From Halodesulfurarchaeum sp. (GTDB taxonomy: Archaea > Halobacteriota > Halobacteria > Halobacteriales > Halobacteriaceae), in NCBI GenBank assembly GCA_034520565.1, contig JAXHNL010000002.1:1568001-1632000 (forward strand): 64,000 nucleotides of DNA, in the 5' to 3' direction. Below the pieces are notes generated by a model. It saw only the letters and a program-made list of their open reading frames with translations, made no database searches and was not told where the DNA came from. A program made the translations under genes and the position numbers. Shown in pieces: positions 20,537 through 30,925 of this stretch. Position 1 is the stretch's first letter. Every line of letters begins with the position of its first letter.

Positions 20537-22108
20537 ATGAGCCAGCGAATGAGCGGTGGACAGCCGATATTTATTCTCAACGAGGACAGCGAGCGAACAC
20601 AGGGGAAAGACGCCCGGACCTCCAATATTACGGCCGGAAAGGCCATCGCCGAATCGGTCAGAACGACCCTCGGCCCGAAGGGAATGGACAAGATGCTCGT
20701 AAGCGACGCGGGTGACGTCGTCATTACGAACGACGGGGCGACCATTCTCGACGAGATGGACATCGAGCACCCCGCCGCCCAGATGCTCATCGAGGTCGCC
20801 GAATCCCAGGAGGAGGCCGTCGGCGACGGTACGACGAGTGCAGCGATTCTCGCCGGGCAGTTGCTTTCCGAGGCGGAATCCTTCATCGACGACGACATCC
20901 ATCCGACGACGCTCGTTGAAGGGTTCGCCCACGCCCGCGACATTGCCTTTGACGCCCTCGATGACCTGATCCTCGATGTCGACATCGACGACGACGTCCT
21001 CACCGACATAGCGCGATCGGCCATGACCGGGAAAGGAACGGGCGGCGTGACTGCCGAATCGCTTGCCGAGAACATCGTCTATGCAGTCAGGCAAGTCGAG
21101 GAAAACGGCGTCATTCACGACGAGAACATCCAGATCGTGACCCAGCCAGGCGAGTCCTCGAGCGCGACGGAAGTCGTCGATGGGGTCGTCATCGACGAAG
21201 AACCGCTCCGGGAAGATATGCCACGCAAGATCGAGGACGCGACCGTCGCCGTCGTTGACGCCGATCTGGACACTCGCGAAACCGAGGCCGACGTCGAATA
21301 CAACGTCCAGAGTGCCGACCAGTTGGATCAGGCGATCGCAAGCGAACAAAAGGAACTTCGCCAGTACGCCGACGCGCTTGCGGACGCTGGCGTCGACGTG
21401 GCCTTCGTGACGGGGGACGTCGCCGACATGACTGCCGGGTTCCTCGCTAACGCTGGCATTCTCGCCTTCGATTCGATCAGCAGCGACGACGCGAAATCGA
21501 TCACGCGAACGACTGGAGCTCGCTTGCTTGCGACTGTCGAGGACATCGAGGCAGGTGACCTCGGTCACGCCGAAAGCCTCTCAGTGAAGCGTTACGGTGA
21601 CGACGAACTCCTCTTCGTCTCCGGTGGCGCCAGCGCGGAGGCGGTGACGCTGTTCGTTCGAGCCGGCACCGAGCACGTCCTCGACGAACTCGAACGGGCC
21701 GTCCAGGACGGCGTCGACGCCGTCCTCGCGGCAGCGGATACCGGCCAGGTCGTTCCCGGAGCGGGCTGTACAGAAGTCAAACTCGCGAACGCTGTCCGGT
21801 CGGCAGCAGCCGGAATCGAGGGACGGGAGCAACTCGCCGTCGAAGCTTTTGCCGATGCGCTCGATTCGATCCCGCGGACGATCGCGGAAAACACCGGCAT
21901 GGACCCGATCGACGCTCTGGTGGAAGTCCGGGCGGCCAACGAGGACGGACGCGGCGGAATCCTCGCCCGTTCCGAGCGAGGGACCGTCGACGACCCCGTC
22001 GAATATGGCGTCCTCGACCCCGCAGCCGTCAAGCGCGAAGTGCTGTCCTCCGCGACGGAGGCAGCCACGATGATCGTTCGGATTGACGACGTGATCACCG
22101 CCAAGTAA
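20537..22108 (+). CDS. Thermosome (group II chaperonin) subunit
   Basis: [37 protein letters not shown]; lacks a GGM tail. Confidence 0.95.
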   Translation: MSQRMSGGQPIFILNEDSERTQGKDARTSNITAGKAIAESVRTTLGPKGMDKMLVSDAGDVVITNDGATILDEMDIEHPAAQMLIEVAESQEEAVGDGTTSAAILAGQLLSEAESFIDDDIHPTTLVEGFAHARDIAFDALDDLILDVDIDDDVLTDIARSAMTGKGTGGVTAESLAENIVYAVRQVEENGVIHDENIQIVTQPGESSSATEVVDGVVIDEEPLREDMPRKIEDATVAVVDADLDTRETEADVEYNVQSADQLDQAIASEQKELRQYADALADAGVDVAFVTGDVADMTAGFLANAGILAFDSISSDDAKSITRTTGARLLATVEDIEAGDLGHAESLSVKRYGDDELLFVSGGASAEAVTLFVRAGTEHVLDELERAVQDGVDAVLAAADTGQVVPGAGCTEVKLANAVRSAAAGIEGREQLAVEAFADALDSIPRTIAENTGMDPIDALVEVRAANEDGRGGILARSERGTVDDPVEYGVLDPAAVKREVLSSATEAATMIVRIDDVITAK

Positions 22109-22197
22109 CCGACGCGGTACCGCTTCTCCCGGTCCGAGGAGTACTGGCTGGAAATCGGTCCCCGTACTTCTTTGCCGGTCGGACCATAGGTTCGCCC

Positions 22198-22818
22198 ATG
22201 CGCTCAGAACCCGACGTCAAACTGGATAGATCTCAGGGGGTCTGGGCAGTCACACACGCACGGTCCGTCGTCGAAGCAGTCGTCGAAACCGGGGTCAAAC
22301 CGAAACGACCCGAGCCCGTCGATCCGGTTTTTCAAATCGACAGGGGCGCGTTCGTGACCCTGAAGCAGGCAGATAAGTTGCGCGGTTGCATCGGTCGTCC
22401 AACTCCGGAGCAACCGGCACTCAAAGCGATTCGTGCAGCCGCTGCCGACGCTGCCACAGCTGATCCGCGGTTTCAACCCGTACAACCGAGAGAACTTCCA
22501 CGTGTTCGGGTCGAGGTGAGTGTTTTGACGCCACCCCGACAACTGGATGCACCGAACCCCGAACTCGTAACCGTCGGGAAGGACGGATTGATCGTGTCTG
22601 GTCGGGGGAACGGTGGGTTGTTATTGCCGCAGGTTCCGGTTGAGCAGGACTGGGACGCGAAGACGTTTCTCGCCCAGACGTGCCGGAAAGCCGGTCTCCC
22701 CGCGGACTGTTGGAGGGAATCGGACGTTTCCATCCAGCGGTTTTCCGCCCAAATCTTCGAAGAACGGGAGCCGAGAGGCGAAGTCCAAATGCGACCCATC
22801 GAATCTGCGGAGCAATAA
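22198..22818 (+). CDS. AMMECR1-domain protein (AmmeMemoRadiSam protein A-like)
   Basis: RGAFVTL, LRGCIG, DPRF, VSVLT, GLLLPQV, CRKAGL. Confidence 0.92.
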   Translation: MRSEPDVKLDRSQGVWAVTHARSVVEAVVETGVKPKRPEPVDPVFQIDRGAFVTLKQADKLRGCIGRPTPEQPALKAIRAAAADAATADPRFQPVQPRELPRVRVEVSVLTPPRQLDAPNPELVTVGKDGLIVSGRGNGGLLLPQVPVEQDWDAKTFLAQTCRKAGLPADCWRESDVSIQRFSAQIFEEREPRGEVQMRPIESAEQ

Positions 22819-22821
22819 CCC

Positions 22822-23661
22822 ATGTCCACACACCGATCACCAGCCGTCGCCGGCCAGTTCTATGCCGGTACCGAAGCCGGCCTTCGCGAGCAAATCGAAT
22901 CGGCCTTCGAACATCCGATGGGCCCGGGAAGTGTCCCGGTCGTGGAACCCACTGTGGGATTGCCCATCGCCATTATTTCGCCGCATGCCGGGTATCCGTA
23001 TTCGGGCCCCATCGCCGCACACGGGTTTGCCAGAATGGCTGCCGGTGGACGACCGGAGGCAGTTGTCATTCTCGGCCCCAATCACGGCCGCGGTGGTGCG
23101 CCGCTCGCGATTTCCGATGCAGATCGATGGGAAACACCACTTGGTTCGGTTCCAATTCACGATGAAATCCGTTCGTCCCTCGCGACGGCACCGGGGCTCG
23201 AACTCGACGAGCGGACCCACGACGGCGAGCATTCCCTCGAAGTGCAGGTACCCTTCCTCCAGTATCTCTACGACGACGTCCCGATCGTGCCCGTACTCAT
23301 GAGTCGACAGGACGAAAGCCGGGTCACCCAGGCTGTGTCCGCACTCACCGAGGTGTTTTCCAGTGACCGAAACGTGGTCCTGATCGCGTCGACGGACCTC
23401 ACCCATTATGAACCTCACGAGGTGGCAAAACGCGACGATGAACCGATTCGCCGGGCCATCCAGGATCTCGATGCGGACGGGATCATGGAGGCCGCGCGAT
23501 CGGGGCATACCATGTGTGGGTTTGGCCCGACGGCCGCAATTCTCCGGGCGAGTCACGAATCCGGTGGGACCGAAGGATCAGTCCACGCCTATGCAACGAG
23601 CGGGGACACGGCCGGCGGTACCGACTCTGTCGTCGGATACGTTTCGGCGGCAGTTACGTAG
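22822..23661 (+). CDS. Memo-family protein (AmmeMemoRadiSam protein B-like)
   Basis: RSPAVAGQFY, PHAGYPYSG, GPNH, EHSLEVQVPFL, STDLTHY, TMCG, VVGY. Confidence 0.92.
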   Translation: MSTHRSPAVAGQFYAGTEAGLREQIESAFEHPMGPGSVPVVEPTVGLPIAIISPHAGYPYSGPIAAHGFARMAAGGRPEAVVILGPNHGRGGAPLAISDADRWETPLGSVPIHDEIRSSLATAPGLELDERTHDGEHSLEVQVPFLQYLYDDVPIVPVLMSRQDESRVTQAVSALTEVFSSDRNVVLIASTDLTHYEPHEVAKRDDEPIRRAIQDLDADGIMEAARSGHTMCGFGPTAAILRASHESGGTEGSVHAYATSGDTAGGTDSVVGYVSAAVT

Positions 23662-23753
23662 ATGAGTAAACAATGGGCGTCACTCTGTGGGCATATCGAC
23701 TCGCCGGGTGAATGTCATCGGATTTATGCTGGCGTAACCAACCCCTTGTAGGT

Positions 23754-24350
23754 ATGCAATCAACCCGCCGTCGCTTCCTCCAGATAGGGTCGCTCGCGAC
23801 AGTCGGTTCGATCGCCGGCTGTCTCGGCGGTGGCTCCGATACCCTCCCGGCACCGACTAAAGGTGATCCGGATGCTCCGGTTACCGTCGAGTCCTTCGAG
23901 GACTTCACCTGCAAGTACTGTCGACTGTTCGCTCTCGACATTCTTCCAAAAATCGATTCACAGTACATCGATCCCGGTTCGGTCAAATTCGTTCGGCACG
24001 ATTACCCGTTCCTGGATCCGGAATGGTCCTTCAAGGTCGCCAACGCGGCCCGTGCCGTCCAGGACAGTCAGGGGGACAGGGCGTTTTTCGAGTTCGAACA
24101 GGGGCTCTACGAAGCCTTCGGTTCGTACAGTCTGGAAACGTTCGAAACCCTCGCCGAATCGGTTGGGGCGGATCCCGAAACTGTTCGAACAGCAGCTGTC
24201 GAGGATACCTACCGACAGACACTGGAATCTGAACTCGAACTGGGCGAGGAAATGGGAGTCTCCGCCACTCCGACGGTGTTCGTCAACGGCGTCAAAGCTC
24301 CCTCGCCACGGTTCCGTGACGTCGCGAGTACGATCGAGGATCAGTTGTAG
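23754..24350 (+). CDS. DsbA-family oxidoreductase, Tat lipoprotein
   Basis: TRRRFL twin-Arg, IAGC lipobox, FEDFTCKYC, ATPTVFVNG. Confidence 0.9.
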   Translation: MQSTRRRFLQIGSLATVGSIAGCLGGGSDTLPAPTKGDPDAPVTVESFEDFTCKYCRLFALDILPKIDSQYIDPGSVKFVRHDYPFLDPEWSFKVANAARAVQDSQGDRAFFEFEQGLYEAFGSYSLETFETLAESVGADPETVRTAAVEDTYRQTLESELELGEEMGVSATPTVFVNGVKAPSPRFRDVASTIEDQL

Positions 24351-24396
24351 CTCCCACGAGCGGTATTTGAATCGGAGCGCACGTCCCTCCGGTGGT

Positions 24397-24425
24397 ATTG
24401 TGCGTCTATTACACAATCGTTAAGT
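24397..24425 (+). promoter_or_regulatory. Inverted repeat ATTGTG-N9-CACAAT abutting the trx TATA box
   Basis: ATTGTGcgtctattaCACAATcgTTAAGT about 30 nt before ATG 24452. Confidence 0.5.
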
Positions 24426-24451
24426 GTCCAGATGAGATATTTCGGCATACT

Positions 24452-24874
24452 ATGAGCGAAGCATCCGACAAAATCGACGAGATTCGCGAACGCAAGCGTC
24501 AGGAACTTCTGGGGGAAGATGAGTCGAAGGAAAGCTCGAGCGACACGGCCCCAGACGAGCCGATTCACATCCGTTCGGGCGACCACTTCGAGGAGGTTAC
24601 CGCTTCCTACGACGTCGTCCTCGCGGACTTCCACGCAGAGTGGTGTGGCCCCTGCAAGATGCTCGAACCGGTCGTCGAGGAACTGGCTGCCGAAACCGAC
24701 GCCGCAATGGCGAAAGTCGACGTGGACGAACTTCAGGGGCTGGCCCAGGCCCATCGCGTCCAGGGCGTGCCGACGATGATTCTCTTTTCGGACGGCGAAA
24801 TCGCCGAGCGGATCGTCGGTGTGCGCGAGAAAAGCGACATTCTGCGGCTCATCCAGCGGGAAGGCGGCGACTGA
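24452..24874 (+). CDS. trxA: Thioredoxin
   Basis: DFHAEWCGPCK, GVPT. Confidence 0.95.
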   Translation: MSEASDKIDEIRERKRQELLGEDESKESSSDTAPDEPIHIRSGDHFEEVTASYDVVLADFHAEWCGPCKMLEPVVEELAAETDAAMAKVDVDELQGLAQAHRVQGVPTMILFSDGEIAERIVGVREKSDILRLIQREGGD

Positions 24875-24943
24875 GAGGACCGACAGCTCGCGGACTCAGG
24901 TCACAACAGTGACGCTTTCAATACCCAATTCACCTGCCCTCCG

Positions 24944-25354
24944 TTAGGTTACGGGCGGTGGTGATTCAGGGCTGTCCGAACCCTCGCCGTACTTCTCCCG
25001 GAACCGAGCGACGAGGTAGCCGATCTGGGCATACCAGTCGTTGACCTTTGTCTGCATTTCGTCGGCGATTTCGTCCGGGTCCGTGATTCGATAGACGTGA
25101 TAGTATCCGCCTCGATCGTAATTGACCTGGTCTTTCTGGACCAGACCGAGTTGCAGCAGTCGCTGGACGGATCGGTAGACCGTCGATCGTTCCCGATCGA
25201 CGGTGGTCGCCAGTTCGTCCACGGTTCGGGGCGCTTCCGCGTCAGCCAACACCCGGAAACACTGTCGGTCGAGGTCGTTCAGATCGTACAGACACTCCAG
25301 CAGGCTCTGGCACTCGAGATCCCGTTCCAGATGCCTGTTCAATGCCTCGACCAT
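24944..25354 (-). CDS. Single-domain TrmB-like wHTH regulator with N-terminal Cys pair
   Basis: CQSLLECLYDL, DRERSTVYRSVQRLL, GGYYHVY. Confidence 0.85.
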   Translation of the reverse strand: MVEALNRHLERDLECQSLLECLYDLNDLDRQCFRVLADAEAPRTVDELATTVDRERSTVYRSVQRLLQLGLVQKDQVNYDRGGYYHVYRITDPDEIADEMQTKVNDWYAQIGYLVARFREKYGEGSDSPESPPPVT

Positions 25355-25427
25355 ACGATTTGCTATTCAGGGTCCGGGGTCAAAAGTCTTGCTCGGTATA
25401 TCCAATATTGGACATTCACCTAAGGGA

Positions 25428-26783
25428 CTACTTCCGAATCGACCCGGCAAGGACTTTTGCGGCCGTCAGAACTGGATCCCACGTCGGGCCAAACGGCGGT
25501 GCATATGCCAGATCCAGTCGCTCCAACGTGTCGACTGTCATCTCTTCGTGAAGCGCTGTCGCGATAGTATCGATGCGTTTGGTTACCCCCTCGTTCCCGA
25601 CCATACTCGCGCCGAGGACCCTGCCCGATTCACGATCCCCGACCAGCGATACCGTGATCGGTGAACCGCCGGGGTAGTATCCGGCCCTGGATCGAGTAGT
25701 GACCGTTTTGGAAACTGGTTCGAATCCGGCCTCGCTGGCTCGATTTTCGTCGACGAGTCCGGTCCGTGCGGCCTCGAGATCGAACGCCTTGACAGCCGCA
25801 GTCCCCACGATCGATCCGACCGGTGTTGGAGCACCGGACACGGTCTGACCGATGGCTCGGCCGGCCCGATTGGCCGTCAGAGCCAGTGGAACGTGAACGG
25901 GGTTGCCCGTGACTGCGTGGGTCATTTCTGTGCAGTCACCGGCTGCATAGACGTCATTGGCGGACGTTCGTCCGTACTCGTCGGTCGCGATGGCACCGGT
26001 TTCACCGACCGCGATGCCGGCGGATTCGGCCACTGCAGTGTTTGGCTCGACACCGACGCCCACGAGAGCCATATCGACGGGAACGGACTCGTTTGGTGTT
26101 TGAATGGCCGTTACGTCCGATTCACCCTCGAACCCATTGACTGGTGTCTCGAGAAACAGTGACACTCCCTGTTCGCGGAGTTCCGTTTCGACGGCCGTGG
26201 CGACCGCCTCTCCGAAGGGATCCAAAACGTGGGACAACAGTTCGAAGAGGTAAACGTCGAGTCCTCGAGCGTCGAACGCCTCTGCCATTTCGATGCCGAC
26301 GTATCCTCCACCGACGATTCCCACCGAATCCGGTCCCTCGTCCCCTTCGATACGCTCGCGGATCGCCCAACCGTCCTCCATATCGTGCAGCGTATAGATC
26401 CCCGGAAGTTCGATACCGTCGATCGGGGGGACAATCGAACTCGCACCTGTCCCAACGAGGAGCTCACCGTACGACTGTTCGAACGTCCCGTCGGGACCTT
26501 CCACGGTCACCTTTTTCGCCCGCGTATCGATGGCGACCACTTCATGTTCGGTCCGGAGGTCGATGTCCCGTTTCTCGCGGAACTCGGTCGCCGGTATCGA
26601 AACCAGGTCTTCGAGCGCGTCGATTTCCCCTTTGACGTAGTACGGAAGTCCACAGGCCCCGTAGGAGACCCATTCCCCTCGCTCGAAGACCACGATCTCC
26701 CGGTCGGGCGCCTCTCGTCTCGCTTTGCTTGCGGCACTCATCCCGGCGGCGTCGCCACCGATGACGACGAACGGTTCACTCAT
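25428..26783 (-). CDS. CoA-disulfide reductase / NADH oxidase family flavoprotein
   Basis: IGGDAAGMSAA, SYGACGLPY single redox Cys, GGGYVGIE, AAGD, DLAYAPPF. Confidence 0.9.
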   Translation of the reverse strand: MSEPFVVIGGDAAGMSAASKARREAPDREIVVFERGEWVSYGACGLPYYVKGEIDALEDLVSIPATEFREKRDIDLRTEHEVVAIDTRAKKVTVEGPDGTFEQSYGELLVGTGASSIVPPIDGIELPGIYTLHDMEDGWAIRERIEGDEGPDSVGIVGGGYVGIEMAEAFDARGLDVYLFELLSHVLDPFGEAVATAVETELREQGVSLFLETPVNGFEGESDVTAIQTPNESVPVDMALVGVGVEPNTAVAESAGIAVGETGAIATDEYGRTSANDVYAAGDCTEMTHAVTGNPVHVPLALTANRAGRAIGQTVSGAPTPVGSIVGTAAVKAFDLEAARTGLVDENRASEAGFEPVSKTVTTRSRAGYYPGGSPITVSLVGDRESGRVLGASMVGNEGVTKRIDTIATALHEEMTVDTLERLDLAYAPPFGPTWDPVLTAAKVLAGSIRK

Positions 26784-26981
26784 GGCCGTGGGGAACACGA
26801 CTGCAGCAATAAGATTTGTGACGGTTTGACACTATTCGACCGTTGGAGACCATCCTGTCCACGTTCACCGATCCCATTAACGGTCGATCACGGTCGGCGT
26901 CGTCTTGGAGGTGGCTCGTGGGCCAGAGTTCGACGAAATCACTACATCCGAACGTCGCTTCGGGTCGCTCCACGTCGGTAC

Positions 26982-27395
26982 CTATTCCTCCGATATATTC
27001 GTGCGTGAGTCTTTTATATCGTCGTGTAGCGTCGCCTTCAGGTCTAGAACGGGCGATCCGTCCAACATATCGACACCTCGAATCTCGATGTCCGTCCCGT
27101 TGAGTGCTGTGACGGTACACGTGGTAATGACGACGGGATTCGGACGGGCCGGCGAGCGGGAAGCAAAGACTCCCCGCCCCGGTACCTTATCGAGGACGAG
27201 GAGGTCACGGTCCGCTTGATCGGCATACCAGACGACGACGAGTTCGTCTCCGACTTCGAGACCTTGCAGCCCCGGTTCGTACGCGGATCGGACCGATATC
27301 GTCCCCTGAATGTCGTCTTTGCGTCCCTGACTCGGGGCATCTCGCGTCGTCTCGATCGGCGTCGATACCGTTCCGATCGGTTCGAGTTCGATCAT
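26982..27395 (-). CDS. TsaA/TrmO-like SAM-binding tRNA methyltransferase
   Basis: PIG, RGVFASRSPARPNP, DMLDGSPVLDLK. Confidence 0.88.
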   Translation of the reverse strand: MIELEPIGTVSTPIETTRDAPSQGRKDDIQGTISVRSAYEPGLQGLEVGDELVVVWYADQADRDLLVLDKVPGRGVFASRSPARPNPVVITTCTVTALNGTDIEIRGVDMLDGSPVLDLKATLHDDIKDSRTNISEE

Positions 27396-27544
27396 ATTCC
27401 CTGTTCATTTGGTACTCACTCAGCAGTTCCGATTGCCAACGATAGTCATGGACTACCGCAATCAGAAAATAAATTTTGCATAGACATAACTTTCACTTCT
27501 GAAAGGCAAACTTTTTCAATTCAGCGGGACAACCCACGATTGCA

Positions 27545-28222
27545 ATGGCAGAAGAACCCGAAGACACGACGTCTCGGCTGTCGCTTATCGGAGACCGGTT
27601 TCCCGATCTCACGGTGGAAACGACACACGGTACGTTCCGACTTCCAGCGGATTTCGAGGGCGAGTGGCTGGTCCTCTTCAGTCATCCGGGGGACTTTACG
27701 CCGGTCTGTACGACGGAATTCGTGGCGTTCGAGCAGCGGCGCGAGGAATTCGAGGATCTGAACGCGAGCCTGATGGGGCTCTCCGTCGACCGGGTCCACT
27801 CACACATCAAGTGGACGGACTGGATCGAGGAGGAACTCGGCATCGACATCGGTTTTCCGATCATCGCCGACGAAACCGGTCGAGTCGGGAGCAAACTGGG
27901 CATGATTCACCCGGGCGACGGAACGAGTACCGTTCGTGCGGTTTTCCTCGTCAATCCGGAGGGAGTCATCCGGCAGATCCTCTATTACCCGAAAGAGGTC
28001 GGCCGCAACATCGACGAAATCCTGCGCTCGCTCGAAGCACTGCAGTACAGTAACGCGGAAGGGGTCGCGACGCCCGCCGATTGGCCGGACAACGACCTCT
28101 TTGGCGAGCAAGTGCTTCTCCCGCCGCCCAGCACCGACGACGACGCAGCGGCCCGGATCGAGGAGGCCGAGGAGGCGGGGTATGACTCCCGTGACTGGTG
28201 GTTCACCCTCCGCGAGAAATAA
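27545..28222 (+). CDS. 1-Cys peroxiredoxin (Prx6 type)
   Basis: [29 protein letters not shown]. Confidence 0.93.
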   Translation: MAEEPEDTTSRLSLIGDRFPDLTVETTHGTFRLPADFEGEWLVLFSHPGDFTPVCTTEFVAFEQRREEFEDLNASLMGLSVDRVHSHIKWTDWIEEELGIDIGFPIIADETGRVGSKLGMIHPGDGTSTVRAVFLVNPEGVIRQILYYPKEVGRNIDEILRSLEALQYSNAEGVATPADWPDNDLFGEQVLLPPPSTDDDAAARIEEAEEAGYDSRDWWFTLREK

Positions 28223-28306
28223 TCGAAGCTCAGCAGTTCGTTGGACGCTTCTGAAACCGATTAACCCGGTGCAAACGTTTTCCAACCTGCCAACCCTTGG
28301 TGAAAC

Positions 28307-29713
28307 ATGCCGAATTCACCAGACGTCGTTTTCTGGCATCGACGGGATCTCCGGACCGTCGATAATCGAGGATTACAGACGGCCGCTGCTGCCGGCTCCG
28401 TGCTCCCCGTTTACGTCATCGACCCGGATCTGGTTTCGATGGCCGGTCCAGCCCGGACCGGTTTTTTCGTCGCCTCGCTCGCTTCGCTGCAGGAAACCTA
28501 TCGGGAGATGGGGACCGATTTGCTCGTGCGAGATGGGGACCCGACAGTAGTCATTCCGGAACTTGCTGACGAATTCGACGTCGATACTCTCGTCTGGAAT
28601 CGAGATTACTCGCAGTTTGCCACCCGACGAGATCGGTCCGTCACGGAAAACCTTCCCGATGCTGTCACTGCAGAATCAGTCCCTGATATGACCTACCACG
28701 AGCCCGGATCGATCCTGACCAACAAGGGGGAGTACTACTCGGTTTTTTCCTACTACTACAAGAAGTGGGCCGACAAGGAGCAAGAGGACGCAATCCCCCA
28801 ACCCGCGTCCGATTCATTCATCGAAGAGCGTCGGGAGTCTGTTCGATCGATCGTGGAATCTCCCGGGGAATCGTTGCCACTTCCCGCGGGCCGTTCGGCT
28901 GCCCTCGAACGGCTGCACAGGTTCACCGATGGACCGATTTACGAGTATGCAACTGCGAGAGACGTGCCAGCAAAAGCGGGAACATCGAGACTTTCACAGG
29001 ATCTCGCCTTCGGTTTGCTCGGAATCAGAGAAGTCCTCGAGGATATACGGGCTGCAACGAATTCCGCTTCCTCGGACACAAAGCGCGAGTCAGTCGAGGA
29101 GTTTCGTCGGCAACTCGCGTGGCGGGATTTCTACGTTCAAGTCCTCGCTGCCCATCCCGAAACGGTCGTGGAGAACTTCAAAGACTTCGAAAACCCCATT
29201 CAGTGGCGTGAGAACCCGGAACACCTCGAGGCCTGGAAATCGGGTAAAACAGGGTACCCGATCGTCGACGCCGGCATGCGGCAACTCCGATCGGAAGCAT
29301 ACATGCACAACCGCGTTCGAATGCTCGTCGCTTCGTTTCTCACCAAGGATCTCCAGCTCGACTGGCGAAAGGGGTATCGGCACTTTCGTCGCCATCTTCT
29401 CGATCACGAGACAGCAAACGACGTGGGTGGGTGGCAATGGGCCGCCTCGACCGGAACCGATGCCCAGCCGTACTTTCGGGTTTTCAATCCGATGACCCAG
29501 GGCGAACGGTACGATCCCGAGGCAGCGTACATCACCACCTACGTTTCCGAGCTGGAGGGAGTCGATCCCGAGAAGATCCACAATTGGCACGAACTCGAAC
29601 CGGATCGTCGTGCCCAAATCGCGCCCGAGTATCCCGATCCGATCGTCGATCACGGGGCTCGACGGGAATCGGCGATCGAGATGTTCGAGCGGGCGAGAGG
29701 GAACGACGACTGA
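28307..29713 (+). CDS. phr: Class I CPD DNA photolyase
   Basis: WHRRDLRTVDN, TSRLS, WRDFY, GYPIVDAGMRQL, MHNRVRM, GGWQW, YFRVFNP. Confidence 0.95.
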   Translation: MPNSPDVVFWHRRDLRTVDNRGLQTAAAAGSVLPVYVIDPDLVSMAGPARTGFFVASLASLQETYREMGTDLLVRDGDPTVVIPELADEFDVDTLVWNRDYSQFATRRDRSVTENLPDAVTAESVPDMTYHEPGSILTNKGEYYSVFSYYYKKWADKEQEDAIPQPASDSFIEERRESVRSIVESPGESLPLPAGRSAALERLHRFTDGPIYEYATARDVPAKAGTSRLSQDLAFGLLGIREVLEDIRAATNSASSDTKRESVEEFRRQLAWRDFYVQVLAAHPETVVENFKDFENPIQWRENPEHLEAWKSGKTGYPIVDAGMRQLRSEAYMHNRVRMLVASFLTKDLQLDWRKGYRHFRRHLLDHETANDVGGWQWAASTGTDAQPYFRVFNPMTQGERYDPEAAYITTYVSELEGVDPEKIHNWHELEPDRRAQIAPEYPDPIVDHGARRESAIEMFERARGNDD

Positions 29714-29810
29714 GATTTCAGGCCCGACCTTTCGGCGTAAAGTGACCCTGAATGCCCCCTCCTAAACGTTTATCCGGACTCCGGGCGATGGTTCATGTGG
29801 TGTATTTCCA

Positions 29811-30425
29811 ATGAGCGAACGGTCCAATCCTGAGCTGCCGGAGTTGCCCTACGACTACGACGCCCTCGAACCGCACATCTCCGAGCAGGTTCTCGAGTGG
29901 CATCACGACACCCACCATCAGGGGTATGTAAACGGCCTCGACGGTGCCGAGGCGACGCTGGCGGAGAACCGCGCGGCCGGCGACACAGAGGGAACCAAGG
30001 CGGCCCTTCGATCGGTGAGCCACAACGGTTCGGGCCACTACCTCCACACGATGTTCTGGGAGAACATGTCCCCGAACGGAGGCGGCGAGCCCGACGGCGC
30101 GCTCCGAGACCGCATCGAGGAGGACTTCGGTTCGTATGCTGCCTGGAAGCAGGAGTTCAAGGAGGCAGCAGGCTATTCGGCCGGCGGGTGGGCGCTGCTC
30201 GTCTACGACCCGGTCGCAAAACAGTTGCGCAACCTCGCGGTCCAGAAACACAACGACGGTGCCCTTTGGGGGTCCCATCCGATCCTCGCCGTCGACGTCT
30301 GGGAACACTCCTACTACTTCGACTACGGCCCCGCTCGCGGTGACTTCGTGGACGCCTTCTTCGAGGTCGTCGACTGGGACAACGTCGCCGAGAACTTCGA
30401 GAAGGTCAGCTCGCGCGTCGAATAA
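29811..30425 (+). CDS. sod: Superoxide dismutase (Mn/Fe)
   Basis: LPYDYDALEPHI, WHHDTHHQGYV, DVWEHSYY. Confidence 0.97.
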   Translation: MSERSNPELPELPYDYDALEPHISEQVLEWHHDTHHQGYVNGLDGAEATLAENRAAGDTEGTKAALRSVSHNGSGHYLHTMFWENMSPNGGGEPDGALRDRIEEDFGSYAAWKQEFKEAAGYSAGGWALLVYDPVAKQLRNLAVQKHNDGALWGSHPILAVDVWEHSYYFDYGPARGDFVDAFFEVVDWDNVAENFEKVSSRVE

Positions 30426-30467
30426 TCGACCGGTAGCCTTACAAGTCCGAGCGTCGCCCCTTCGGGC

Positions 30468-30743
30468 ATGCCCGTCCCGAAATCCGAGTTCGAACACCTT
30501 CATCCGGCCACGTTTTACGAGCCGAAGGATCTGCTCGAGGCCGACCAGATGTACACGGTTTACGAGATCGCCCGGCTTCTGCAGGAGCTCAAGCCCGATG
30601 CCGAACTCGATCCGGAAACTGAAGCCGTGCTTCTCGACTGGGCGATCCCGTGGATCATGGTCAACGCGGACGATTTGGTCGTCGCCGAACCCAGAACGGA
30701 CGACGAACCCGGGCATTACGGGCTTGCAACTGAATCGACGTAG
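30468..30743 (+). CDS. Small conserved haloarchaeal protein (DUF5827-like)
   Basis: MYTVYEIARLLQ...LLDWAIPW; follows sod. Confidence 0.7.
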   Translation: MPVPKSEFEHLHPATFYEPKDLLEADQMYTVYEIARLLQELKPDAELDPETEAVLLDWAIPWIMVNADDLVVAEPRTDDEPGHYGLATEST

Positions 30744-30850
30744 CGACCTTTCATGCGTTCGGAGATCCAGTCATCCCTCGCTATTTCTTCGCACGGGTCG
30801 AGCGAAACACAACCGTTAAACGGAGGTGGGAAATAGAATCGGGTGCACAC

Positions 30851-30925
30851 GCTCCGATAGTGTAGTCCGGCCAATCATATTGCCCTCTCGAGGCAATGAC
30901 CAGGGTTCAAATCCCTGTCGGAGCA
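30851..30925 (+). tRNA. tRNA-Glu (anticodon CTC)
   Basis: Acceptor GCTCCGA/TCGGAGC, anticodon arm TTGCC-CTCTCGA-GGCAA, T arm CAGGG-TTCAAAT-CCCTG; no encoded CCA; upstream TTAAA box. Confidence 0.95.
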
